NCBI GenBank assembly: GCA_027315185.1
Contig: DAHUYO010000006.1
Span: 395 to 64,394 of the forward strand
Source of the DNA: Acidobacteriota bacterium
GTDB taxonomy: Bacteria; Acidobacteriota; Terriglobia; Terriglobales; SCQP01
DNA: 64,000 nucleotides
Reading direction: 5' to 3'
Under the pieces are notes generated by a model, which was given only the letters and a program-made list of their open reading frames with translations, had not been told where the DNA came from and did no database searches. The position numbers were made by a program, and so were the translations under genes. Every line of letters starts with the position of its first letter. Within the stretch, counting starts at the first letter, position 1. Positions 10,183 through 18,945 of this stretch are shown here, piece after piece.

Positions 10183-11862
10183 CTAGATCGCGCCCCGCTT
10201 CATTTCCTGCATCAAGTGATCGCAGGACCGCACGCACAGCGCCATGATCGTCAGGGTCACGTTCTGGCAGCCGGAGGAAGGAAACGCCGAGCCGTCCATG
10301 ACGAACAGATTGGGCACGTCGTGCGATTGCTCGAATTGATTGAGCACCGAGGTCTTGGGATCGTTGCCCATCCGCGCCACGCCCAGCTCATGGATGGCCC
10401 AGCCGGGAATGGTCGGATGGGCGTAGATGCGGATGTTCTTCGCCCCTGCCGCCTCCAGCATCGCCCCCATCTGCTCGGCCATGTCCTTGACCATGGCGAA
10501 TTCGTTTTCGCCGTACTTGACGTGGAAGCGCAGCACCGGAATCCCGAACGCGTCCACCACCTCGGGATCAATCGAGACGTGGTTCTCCCAGCGCGCCAGG
10601 CTTTCGCCGAAGCCGCCGAAGCCGATCGTCACCCGCGGATCGAAGACCGCCTTGCGGAAGTAGCCGCCGAAGCCCCGCGCCCCCCAGTTGTAATCCACTC
10701 CGCCGCCGCCCTCGTAGCCGTAGCCGCGGATGAACTTGCTGGTCTTGCTGGCCGGGTCGAAGGGCAGGTTGCGGAAGCGCACCGTGTACAGATCGGCCGG
10801 CCGCTTCGGCCCGCTCAGCGTCGGCTTCTCGTTCAGGCCCTCCATCTCCCCGGCCGCGCCGCCGCCCATCACGTTGTCCATGAAGTACCGGCCCACCGCG
10901 CCGCTGGAGTTGGCCATGCCGTTGGGATGCCGCGGCGTGTGCGAGTTCAACAGGATGCGCGCCGACTCCTGCGCCTGCGCGCACAGCACCACCGCCCGCG
11001 CCTTCACGAAATGCCCTTCGCGCGTGATGCGGTCAATGTAGTAGACGCCGTTAGCCCGCTCCCGGTCCTTTTCCATCTCCACGCGGTAGGCCATGGCGTT
11101 GGGGATCAGCGTGCAGCGCCCGGTGCGGATGGCGTCGGCGACGGTGGTGAAGGAGGAGTTGAAATAGGCGTGCGCGACGCAGCCGCGGTGGCAGGGCCCG
11201 CAGTAATGGCAGGGCGCCCGGCCGTTGATGCCCCGCGTCAAGTTGGCGCAGCGGGCCAGCGTCATGGTGCGGTTCATCTTGTCCTTCACCCGCACCCGGA
11301 ACTGCATTTCCGCGCAGCTCAGCCCCATCGGCGGCTGGAACTTCCCGTCCGGCAGCTGCGGCAGGTGCTCCATCATGCCGGTGATGCCGACGTACTCTTC
11401 CACGAGGTCGTAGTACGGCGCCAGGTCGGGATAATCCAGCGGCCAGTCCACGCCATAGCCGTCATAGCTGGCGGCCTTGAAGTCGTAGTGGCTCAGCCGC
11501 AGGCTCACCCGTCCCCAGCAATTCGTCCGCCCGCCGACCATCCGCACCCGTCCCTGCCAGCTGAAGGGCATGTCCTTGTCGGTCGTGTACGGCTCGTCCA
11601 GGTCGTTGCAGTACCAGTTGTGCGTGAACTCGTCGCAGGCGTAGCACTGCACCTGCACCGCCTGCGTCTTCTCCAGCAGGTAGCGCGCCTGGTTGCGGTA
11701 GGGCAGCTCATAGGCGGGCTGGTGCTCGCAGAAATTGGCGTCGGACTGCGGCCGCCCGGCGTCAATCAGCGCAACCTTCAATCCGCCTTCCGCCAGCCGT
11801 TTGCAGGCCCAGCCGCCGCTCGCGCCTGAACCCACTACGATTACGTCATACGGTTCCGCCAT
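10183..11862 (-). CDS. GMC-family FAD-dependent oxidoreductase
   Basis: N-terminal Rossmann motif 'YDVIVVGSGASGGWACKRLAEGGLKVALIDAG'. C-terminal GMC_oxred_C-like 'HELGVARMG...NLFVMDGSAFPSSG'. Confidence 0.85.
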   Translation of the reverse strand: MAEPYDVIVVGSGASGGWACKRLAEGGLKVALIDAGRPQSDANFCEHQPAYELPYRNQARYLLEKTQAVQVQCYACDEFTHNWYCNDLDEPYTTDKDMPFSWQGRVRMVGGRTNCWGRVSLRLSHYDFKAASYDGYGVDWPLDYPDLAPYYDLVEEYVGITGMMEHLPQLPDGKFQPPMGLSCAEMQFRVRVKDKMNRTMTLARCANLTRGINGRAPCHYCGPCHRGCVAHAYFNSSFTTVADAIRTGRCTLIPNAMAYRVEMEKDRERANGVYYIDRITREGHFVKARAVVLCAQAQESARILLNSHTPRHPNGMANSSGAVGRYFMDNVMGGGAAGEMEGLNEKPTLSGPKRPADLYTVRFRNLPFDPASKTSKFIRGYGYEGGGGVDYNWGARGFGGYFRKAVFDPRVTIGFGGFGESLARWENHVSIDPEVVDAFGIPVLRFHVKYGENEFAMVKDMAEQMGAMLEAAGAKNIRIYAHPTIPGWAIHELGVARMGNDPKTSVLNQFEQSHDVPNLFVMDGSAFPSSGCQNVTLTIMALCVRSCDHLMQEMKRGAI

Positions 11863-12011
11863 GGTCTCCCCTTTTTTACCCGCAAGGGAGCGATAGTTTC
11901 ACACCGCGCCGCGGAAAGCAATCCCAAGCCGCCGCGCCGGCGCGAAGATTGCGGAGCGGGCGGCCTTGCCTGTCATCTCGCTCACACTCCGCGTCCGCGC
12001 GGAGAAAACGC

Positions 12012-12100
12012 AACGGCCATCCTCGCGTGTCTGCCCGCCGCGCCGCACGAAGAATGTGGGACGGCCATCCTCGCCTGTCCGCACGCCCGGCGCCGCAACC
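12012..12100. repeat. Tandem ~49-bp degenerate direct repeat (ACGGCCATCCTCGCxTGTCxGCxCGCC...), with a weaker third copy at about 11958-11990
   Basis: Copy 1 starts at 12012 and copy 2 at 12061. About 35 of the first 40 positions are identical. Located in the divergent intergenic region between the GMC gene and the 12257 gene. Confidence 0.45.
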
Positions 12101-12256
12101 GCACGCCGTTAGGCAAATTCCCGCTGCGCGCATGCTCCGCTTGCGTTATGCTGGGCGCGCGGGCGACCTCGCCCGCAAATTCGTTCCAAGCTCGCGCAGC
12201 ATCCGGGCAAACAGAATATTTCGCACCAACATTTCGCATTCGGCGGAGGCGCAACG

Positions 12257-12919
12257 ATGGAGCAGGGAAGCAAACGAGCGATGCTACGGAACCGCAACAC
12301 TGACAATAAGGATGCGCAGGCCGGCCGGACGGCGCCGCCCGCTTCCGCCGGCGTCAGCCGCCGCCGCATGTTGGGGCAGATGGCCGGAGGTTTGGCCGGC
12401 GCCGGCCTCGCGTTCCCGCTCGCCGCCGAAGCCGCCGCCGTCGGCCGCCCCGCCCGTCCCCCGGCTCTGCCCCACGCCTCGCCGCTCGCCGCCGAAATCG
12501 CCGCGCGGCTGTGGGCCGCCCCGCCGCTCACCGCCTCCCAGCTGCGCGACGCCATCGGGCCGCAACGCACCTCCATTCTCGCCATCCTCGCCGCCGGCCG
12601 GGAGTTGACGCGGGAGCTGCAAATGCTGCGCATCGGGGGCTCGCGCGCCGATCCGCTCTGGGCGCCGGCGTCGTTCGTGTTTCCCGAGTTCCGCCCGGCT
12701 TTGGAGCATACCTCCCGCGACACCGCCGCCGCCGCGCTGGTCTCCAAATATCTGTGGCTGATGGTCGCCGCCACCGAGGACGACGCGGCCGCGTTTTTCG
12801 GCCCGCTATTTTCCCTCAGCCGCTTGCGCGGCCTGCTCGGCGCCTTGGTCGCCGCCGGCGCCCTGCTGCCCGCCTCCGTGGACGGCCGTCCCGGCTTCCA
12901 AGTCGCCCCCGGCGGCTAG
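12257..12919 (+). CDS. Tat-signal hypothetical protein; its 3' end is the target duplicated by the BREX island
   Basis: Twin-arginine-like leader 'SRRRMLGQMAGGLAGAGLAFPLAAEA'. Intact ORF. The last 283 nt recur at 27432-27714. Confidence 0.55.
   Translation: MEQGSKRAMLRNRNTDNKDAQAGRTAPPASAGVSRRRMLGQMAGGLAGAGLAFPLAAEAAAVGRPARPPALPHASPLAAEIAARLWAAPPLTASQLRDAIGPQRTSILAILAAGRELTRELQMLRIGGSRADPLWAPASFVFPEFRPALEHTSRDTAAAALVSKYLWLMVAATEDDAAAFFGPLFSLSRLRGLLGALVAAGALLPASVDGRPGFQVAPGG
12637..12919 (+). repeat. Left copy of the 283-bp direct repeat flanking the BREX cassette
   Basis: Aligned by eye to 27432-27714: three substitutions plus a GC/CG swap just before the shared TAG. The repeat ends exactly at the stop codon. 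Confidence 0.9.
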
Positions 12920-13159
12920 CAGGAATGGCCCTCGGTCCGGCCTTTTGCTCGGGCCCGCCACCCATCAGCGGCGCCCTGACCTTCGCTCCAGGCGTTGCTT
13001 GAAAGCGCGCCGGCCCTTCGGGTACAGTGACAGAGCAGCGCAGCCGGCGGCAACCAATCCCTCGGCGGTAAGGAGATAGAAATCGAGCACAACGCCGGCG
13101 GGCCTTCAGGGTCCACATACACCACCCGGCTGCAAAAGGGAGGGGCGCTGCTGACGGAC

Positions 13160-13876
13160 ATGCGCCTCTTGGTCCGCACCTGGGAGGAGCGCAACCCGGA
13201 CGACGCTGACCGCCGCAAGACGCTGTCCCGCGTGCTCGGCAAGGCGTCCGGCGCCCGCGCGGCGGATACCTACCGGCGGGCCTTCCTGCCGCGGTTCATC
13301 CAGGGCGACCCACCGCAAGCGTGGCGGATTCTCCAGCCACTCGAGTCGGCGGACCTCCCCGTGGAGATCGTCCGCCCCGTCTATTACTGGGTCACCGTAC
13401 GCAGCGAGCCGCTGTTGCGCGACTTCGTCCTGGACGTTCTCCCCGGCTACGCGGCCGCGCCGTACAGGCAGGTGCGCGCCGAGGACGCCTACGCCTGGAT
13501 CGGGCGCCGGCTCGGGCAAGCCGGCCGCCGGTGGTCCCCGACCGTCACGCTCAAGGTCGCCCGCGGCCTTTTGGCCGCCCTACGCGACTTCGGCATTCTC
13601 ACGGGTGGCGCGAAAAAATTCATCGCACCGGCCTACCTACCGCTGGAATCGTTCGCCTATCTCGCCTTCGCCCTCCACCGCCTCGGCGCCTCCGGGGCCC
13701 GGCTGCTGGCGCACCCGGATTGGCGCCTGTTCCTATTGCCATCCGGCGCGGTGGAGCAGCTTTTCTTGCGGGCGCACCAACATCATTATCTCAACTACCA
13801 AGCCGCTGGGCGTATCATCCGAGTTGACTTCACCGCCGGCAATTACCGGGAGATGGCCGATGCCCTCCAGCGTTGA
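13160..13876 (+). CDS. brxA: BREX protein BrxA (DUF1819); the true start is probably upstream of the first ATG (frame open from 13031)
   Basis: First position in the BREX operon. The frame upstream of the ATG encodes 'YTTRLQKGGALLTDMRLLV', which I recall as BrxA N-terminus-like. AGGAG lies at 13070-13074. Confidence 0.75.
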   Translation: MRLLVRTWEERNPDDADRRKTLSRVLGKASGARAADTYRRAFLPRFIQGDPPQAWRILQPLESADLPVEIVRPVYYWVTVRSEPLLRDFVLDVLPGYAAAPYRQVRAEDAYAWIGRRLGQAGRRWSPTVTLKVARGLLAALRDFGILTGGAKKFIAPAYLPLESFAYLAFALHRLGASGARLLAHPDWRLFLLPSGAVEQLFLRAHQHHYLNYQAAGRIIRVDFTAGNYREMADALQR

Positions 13877-14453
13877 AATCCATTTTCAGGAGCTCGAGCG
13901 CGACCTCGCCAGCCAGCCGATGCGCATCAGCGCCTATCACGACCTGCCCTTCGCCATGCTCGCCTACCCGGCCAACCAAGAGTTCGAGTGCCGTGCGCGC
14001 ATTCGCCAGCTGGCGTTCTCCCTCGAGGGGCAGGGGCGGCGCGTCACCTTCATCTCTCTGGCGGCGCTGGTGTGGCGGGCGATTGAAACGACGGAGGGGC
14101 TGGACGCCATCGCCGCGGAGGAGCGCCAGTTCGGCTTCGAGCGCGCGCAGGAGACGGTGAATCGCATCCTCTCCGACGCTGATTTCGCCCCCCTCGCCGG
14201 GCTGCTCCTGGCCCGCATCGCCGGGCTTGACCCCGCAAGGGACATCGTCTTCCTGGTCCGGGCGGGCGGGCTGGCGCCGGCCATCTACCGCCGCGCGCGG
14301 CTGCTCGATGAGCTTCACGGCCAGACCCGCGTGCCCCTAATTCTCTTCTATCCCGGCTCGCCCGGGAAGGGCGGCCTGCATTTCATGGGCCTGCCGCCGC
14401 AACGCTACGCGGACGTGTACAACTACCGCATCAAGATCTACGGGGAGCAATGA
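13860..14453 (+). CDS. brxB: BREX protein BrxB (DUF1788)
   Basis: Sequence 'ISAYHDLPFAMLAYPANQEFECRARIRQL...VTFISLAALVW...DIVFLVRAGGLAPAIYR...ILFYPGS...YNYRIKIYG'. The ATG at 13860 overlaps the brxA end by 17 nt. Confidence 0.85.
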   Translation: MPSSVEIHFQELERDLASQPMRISAYHDLPFAMLAYPANQEFECRARIRQLAFSLEGQGRRVTFISLAALVWRAIETTEGLDAIAAEERQFGFERAQETVNRILSDADFAPLAGLLLARIAGLDPARDIVFLVRAGGLAPAIYRRARLLDELHGQTRVPLILFYPGSPGKGGLHFMGLPPQRYADVYNYRIKIYGEQ

Positions 14454-17400
14454 TGGAAACCATCGGCGAACTCTTCGCCAAGCCGATCGGCCGAACGATC
14501 GAGGAAGTGATCAAGGTCGGCCAGTCGGACGAATCGGTTGTCAGGGACGAGATCGCGGAGTATGTCGTCACCGACTCCATCCGCGATCATTTCCGGGAAC
14601 TCTATAAGGCCTTCGCCGATGCGCCGGCGGAGCCTACCGAGGGCATCGGCGTCTGGCTCTCGGGTTTTTTCGGGTCCGGCAAGTCCTCCTTCGCCAAGAT
14701 CCTCGGCTACACCCTCGCCAACAGAAATTTGGGCGGCGCCACCGCCAGCGAACTCTTCAAGAGAACGGCCTCGGACGGCACGATCGAGGCGTTGTTGGAC
14801 CTGATCAACCGCAAGATCCCCACCGACGCCGTAATCTTCGACATCTCCATGGAACGCGGCGTGCGCGGCGCCGATCGCATCACCAGCATCATGTACAAGG
14901 CCCTTCTCCGGGGCCTGGGCTACGCCGAGGATTTCGACCTCGCCGCGCTGGAGATCACCCTGGAGGCCGACGGCAGGCTCGCCGCCTTCGAGAAGAAATT
15001 CAACGAGCTGAATCGCGAGCCGTGGGAAAAGCGGCGCAAGGTGGGCCTCGCCATCAACGAGGCGAGCCGCGCCCTTCACGTCATGGACCCGGAAAATTTT
15101 CCCGAGGCGGGCTCGTGGGCTAGGCAGGCCGCCGGACGTGCGGATATCACGCCCAACGAGCTCGCCCAGCGCTCATTTGAACTGATGGCCCGGCGCCGCC
15201 CGGGCCGCGCCCTGGCGTTCATCATTGACGAGGTCGGCCAGTGGGTCTCCCTCAGCGTGGATCGCATGCTGGATCTCATGGGGGTGGTCCAGGCATTCGG
15301 GGTCGAGGGACGGAACCGCGTCGCGGCCCGCAAGGCCCCGGCGCCGGCTTGGATCGTCGTGACCGCGCAGGAGAAGCTGAACGAGGTGGTCACCGCCCTC
15401 GACTCGAAAAAGATCGAGCTCGCGCGCCTTCAGGATCGGTTTCGCCATGCGATTGACCTGAAGCAGACCGACATCTCCCAAGTCACCAGGCAGCGCGTGT
15501 TGGACAAGACGGCAGCGGCGGCGAAGATGCTCGCCAAGATTTATCGGGACAATGAGCCGCGCTTGAAGGAATTCTGCTCCCTGGAGGCCACCGGCCGCGC
15601 CCGGCCCATCACCCAAGACGACTTTGTGGGGCTTTATCCCTATCTTCCCTACCAGATCGAGCTGTCCATTGATATCGTGTCCGGGCTTCGCTCCCGCCGC
15701 GGCGTGTTCCAGCACGTAGGCGGCAGCAACCGCACCATCATCAAGCAGGCCCAGCAAATGATGATCCACGACCGCACCCATTTGGCGAGGGAGCCGGTCG
15801 GTACTCTGGTCACGCTGGACAAGCTGTACGAGCTCCTTTTCGCCGGCAATCTCTTGCCTACCGAGGTGACGCGCGAGGTGGAGGCGGTCGCCACGCAGCT
15901 CCCCGGCAACGCCATGGCGCTCAAGGTGGCCAAGGCCATCGCGCTGCTGGAGGACGTGACACGCCTGCCCCGCACGGCGCGCAACATCGCCGTGGTCCTG
16001 CACCCCGCCGTCGGCACCGACTCGCTCCGCTCGGCGGTCGAGGCGGCGATCCAACAGCTGGAGAAAGCCCAGTTCATCCGCGAGGCCGACGATGGCTATA
16101 AGCTCCTGACCGCGCAGCAGAAGAACTGGGAACGCGAGCGGAACGGCCTGGAGCCCAAACCGGCGGAACGCAACGGCGTCATCCGCGGCCTGCTGCGCGA
16201 GGTCTTCGAGGAGCCGAAGCTCCGAGGCTACAAATTCCAGGGCTTGCGCGCGTTCCGCGTGGCCCTCGGCTTCGAGGGCGAGGCGATCGGAGACGACGGC
16301 GAGGTCGGCTTCAACGTCCTCCCAGCGGAGGGGCCGGAGGACCGCGCCCAGCGGGCTCAGGAGGCCAGAACGCAGAGCAACGGCGACCAGGAGCGGATTT
16401 TTTGGGTAGCCGACTTCGGCGGCCAGATCGGCCGCCAGATCGTCGAGCTGTTCCGCTCCAAACAGATGGTCGAGACGCGCTCGCTGGCCGCCTCGCAAAA
16501 GACGCTGTCCGCCGACGAGCAGGTCGCCTGGAACGACGAGAAGATCCGCCAGGACCGCATTCACCGCGCCTTGCGCGAGGCAATCACCGCCGCCGTTGCC
16601 GCCGGCGTCGGCTATTTCCAGGGAGTGGAGAAAAACGGCCCGTCCCTGGGCAAATCTCTGGCGGAGGTTCTCGCCGCGCTGTTGGACGCCGCCGTGCCCC
16701 TGCTCTACCCAATGCTGCAGATGGGAAGCCGTCCCGTCGCTGGGGACGAGGCGGAGAAGTTCCTGACCGCGGCGACGCTGAACGGGCTGCCCCCGATCTT
16801 CTACTCGGACGGCGACGGCCTCGGCTTGGTCGCCTCCCAGGCCGGCAAGTTCGTGCCCAACCTGGCCGCCCCAATCTGCAAGCAGGTGCTCGAATATCTC
16901 CGCCGCGAATATTCCTTCGGCAACAAGATCACCGGCAAATCCCTGGAGGCGCACTTTAGCGCCCCGCCCTACGGCTGGGCGCTCGACGTCCTCCGCCTGG
17001 TGATGGCCGTCCTGCTGCGCGGCGGCGGCGTCGAGGTGACCCACCAGGGGCGCAAATACCGCAACCATGCCGATCCCCCCAGCCGAGTTCCTTTCACCAG
17101 CAACACCGCCTTCCGCGCCGCCTCCTTCGCGCCTCGCGAAGCCCTCGACCTCAAGATCCTCGGCGAGGCCGTGCGCAAATACGAGGCGCTCACGGGCAAG
17201 GACGTGGACGTCGAGGAGAACGCCATCGCCCAAGCCTTCCAGAAGCTCGCCGGCGAGGATCTCCAGCGCCTGTTGCCGCTGGAGGCCCGTATGGGAGCCC
17301 TCCGCCTCCCAGGGGCGGATTGGGTTGCCGAGCAGCGCCAATACCTCGAGGCGATCCTCGCCATGACCACCGATGACTGCGTGAAAACCCTATCGGGGGA

Positions 17401-18091
17401 GGGGGAAACCTATAAGCAGGCGCGCGCGCGCATTGCCCGGCTGGAGGCGGCGACCACCGAAGCCAACATCGCCGCCCTGGCGGCGGCTCGCCGCGCCTTG
17501 GAGTCCCTGTGGTCGGTGCTCAGCGCCCAAGGCACGGACGCCGAGACCGCCGCCGCGGCGGAGGGGCTGGCGCGCGCGCTCGCCTCCGAGCGCTTCTACG
17601 ACGAGCTTGGGCCGATCCGCGACGCGGCGGAGCGCATCGCCCGCGCCTACCAGGTGGCCTACGAGCGCGTCCACCAGGCGCGCAGTGACGTCTACGGCCA
17701 GGCCCTCGATGCCGTCCGCGGCATGCCCGAGTGGGGCGCGCTCGCCCGGAACGCATCCGTTCCCGCCGAGACCCGGGATGCCCTTCTCGCCCCGCTCTCC
17801 AGCCGGGCCTGCGAGCTCCATTACCAGCCGGAATCGGGCCTCTGCGCGCGGTGCCGCGCCGGCGTGAGCCAGATGCTTGCCGAAGCCGAAGCCGTCGAAG
17901 GCGTCCGCGCCCAGGTGGCGCAACGGGTGCGCCAGGCCGCCATGCCGGAGCAGCGCATCGAACGCGTCCGCGTCGGCGCCCTGGTGGCGGGCCCGCTGGA
18001 GACCGAAAAGGACATCGAGGACGCCCTGGGCGCCCTGCGCGACCGCCTCAGACAGCTTCTCGCCGCCGGCGTCCGCATCGTGCTGGAGTAG
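14450..18091 (+). CDS. brxC: BREX P-loop ATPase BrxC/PglY
   Basis: 1213 aa. Walker A 'GFFGSGKSSFAKILGY' lies near the N-terminus. ATGA overlap with the brxB stop. Canonical third position in type 1 BREX. Confidence 0.9.
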   Translation: MMETIGELFAKPIGRTIEEVIKVGQSDESVVRDEIAEYVVTDSIRDHFRELYKAFADAPAEPTEGIGVWLSGFFGSGKSSFAKILGYTLANRNLGGATASELFKRTASDGTIEALLDLINRKIPTDAVIFDISMERGVRGADRITSIMYKALLRGLGYAEDFDLAALEITLEADGRLAAFEKKFNELNREPWEKRRKVGLAINEASRALHVMDPENFPEAGSWARQAAGRADITPNELAQRSFELMARRRPGRALAFIIDEVGQWVSLSVDRMLDLMGVVQAFGVEGRNRVAARKAPAPAWIVVTAQEKLNEVVTALDSKKIELARLQDRFRHAIDLKQTDISQVTRQRVLDKTAAAAKMLAKIYRDNEPRLKEFCSLEATGRARPITQDDFVGLYPYLPYQIELSIDIVSGLRSRRGVFQHVGGSNRTIIKQAQQMMIHDRTHLAREPVGTLVTLDKLYELLFAGNLLPTEVTREVEAVATQLPGNAMALKVAKAIALLEDVTRLPRTARNIAVVLHPAVGTDSLRSAVEAAIQQLEKAQFIREADDGYKLLTAQQKNWERERNGLEPKPAERNGVIRGLLREVFEEPKLRGYKFQGLRAFRVALGFEGEAIGDDGEVGFNVLPAEGPEDRAQRAQEARTQSNGDQERIFWVADFGGQIGRQIVELFRSKQMVETRSLAASQKTLSADEQVAWNDEKIRQDRIHRALREAITAAVAAGVGYFQGVEKNGPSLGKSLAEVLAALLDAAVPLLYPMLQMGSRPVAGDEAEKFLTAATLNGLPPIFYSDGDGLGLVASQAGKFVPNLAAPICKQVLEYLRREYSFGNKITGKSLEAHFSAPPYGWALDVLRLVMAVLLRGGGVEVTHQGRKYRNHADPPSRVPFTSNTAFRAASFAPREALDLKILGEAVRKYEALTGKDVDVEENAIAQAFQKLAGEDLQRLLPLEARMGALRLPGADWVAEQRQYLEAILAMTTDDCVKTLSGEGETYKQARARIARLEAATTEANIAALAAARRALESLWSVLSAQGTDAETAAAAEGLARALASERFYDELGPIRDAAERIARAYQVAYERVHQARSDVYGQALDAVRGMPEWGALARNASVPAETRDALLAPLSSRACELHYQPESGLCARCRAGVSQMLAEAEAVEGVRAQVAQRVRQAAMPEQRIERVRVGALVAGPLETEKDIEDALGALRDRLRQLLAAGVRIVLE

Positions 18092-18093
18092 CC

Positions 18094-18930
18094 ATGGAGT
18101 CGCTGAACCTTTTCAACCAAAACTTCGCGGTCGTGGAGAGCCTTCTCCAGCTCTACCAGCTCTTCGGCGGCCTCCGGGAAGCGGAGCCGAGCGAACAACT
18201 CCGCCTCGCGGTCTGCGCCGCCTGGGGAGATCCCGGTTCGGCGCTGGTGCGCCACGCCCGCAACGATCGGGCCATGGTGATGGCCCGCGCCGTGGCTGTC
18301 ATTCCCCCGTCCCTCACCAGCCAACGCGGGCTGGATTTTCTCCTCCGCCAGGCGGTCGTCGTGGTCTGCGGCTCGCTCGAAGCGTTCTTTTGGGATTCCC
18401 TCCGGGAGAACGTGCTCACCATCGTCCGCGCCCGCGGCTCCAGGTCGGACAGATCCCTCACCGACCTGACGCTCACCTTGGGCGATTACATGTCCATCCT
18501 CCAGTACGCGGACCCGGACCTCCGCCTGCAACAGATCATCCTCAAGAACTTCGAGAGGCGCACGCTCTACGACACCGCGTCGATCGAAAAGATCACCCAA
18601 GTGCTGACCGTCGAAAGGTTCTGGGACCAGGTGGCGGAGAAATGCGGGAAAAAGCCGCAAGACATGCGCGCGGCGATCGCCGACCTCATCAGCCGCCGCA
18701 ACCTCATCACCCACCGCGCCGACCGGCCCGAGCGGGATGAGCCGTCCGACGAGCTCGGGCTCCGGCCTATCTCATTCGCCTGGACCAGCCTGCGCGTGCA
18801 GGAGGCCAGGGCGCTCGTCGCCGCCGGCGCGGAGCTGATGGAACATGCCCTGCGCCGCCTGCAGGCGCAGATCCGGGCCAGCGAGGAACAGATGGAGGCG
18901 CGGCGGGCCGCCGAGCGGGCGTCCGCCTAA
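18094..18930 (+). CDS. Accessory 278-aa protein inserted between brxC and pglX; putative HEPN-like (RNxxxH) nuclease
   Basis: ATG lies 3 nt after the brxC stop and the gene ends 15 nt before pglX. Appears helix-rich by inspection. 'ISRRNLITHRAD' contains the R-N-x3-H motif (R202...H207, nt 18697-18714). Confidence 0.5.
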   Translation: MESLNLFNQNFAVVESLLQLYQLFGGLREAEPSEQLRLAVCAAWGDPGSALVRHARNDRAMVMARAVAVIPPSLTSQRGLDFLLRQAVVVVCGSLEAFFWDSLRENVLTIVRARGSRSDRSLTDLTLTLGDYMSILQYADPDLRLQQIILKNFERRTLYDTASIEKITQVLTVERFWDQVAEKCGKKPQDMRAAIADLISRRNLITHRADRPERDEPSDELGLRPISFAWTSLRVQEARALVAAGAELMEHALRRLQAQIRASEEQMEARRAAERASA

Positions 18931-18945
18931 AGGAAAGGTTGCACC

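Noticed and set aside
10216-11829. 537-aa plus-strand ORF antisense to the GMC oxidoreductase
   Set aside because: A shadow ORF. The minus frame has the FAD Rossmann motif and the GMC C-terminal motifs.
12012-12100. The tandem repeats considered as a mini-CRISPR array
   Set aside because: There are only two to three degenerate adjacent units, no unique spacers and no cas genes in the window.
15173-17341. 722-aa ORF antisense to brxC
   Set aside because: The brxC frame is supported by the Walker A motif, operon coupling and balanced composition. The antisense translation is low-complexity.
17731-18093. N-terminal 121-aa extension of the ORF that contains the HEPN-like gene
   Set aside because: The extension overlaps the brxC 3' end out of frame and is Arg/Pro/Gly-rich. 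The ATG at 18094, immediately after the brxC stop, gives a compact coupled gene.
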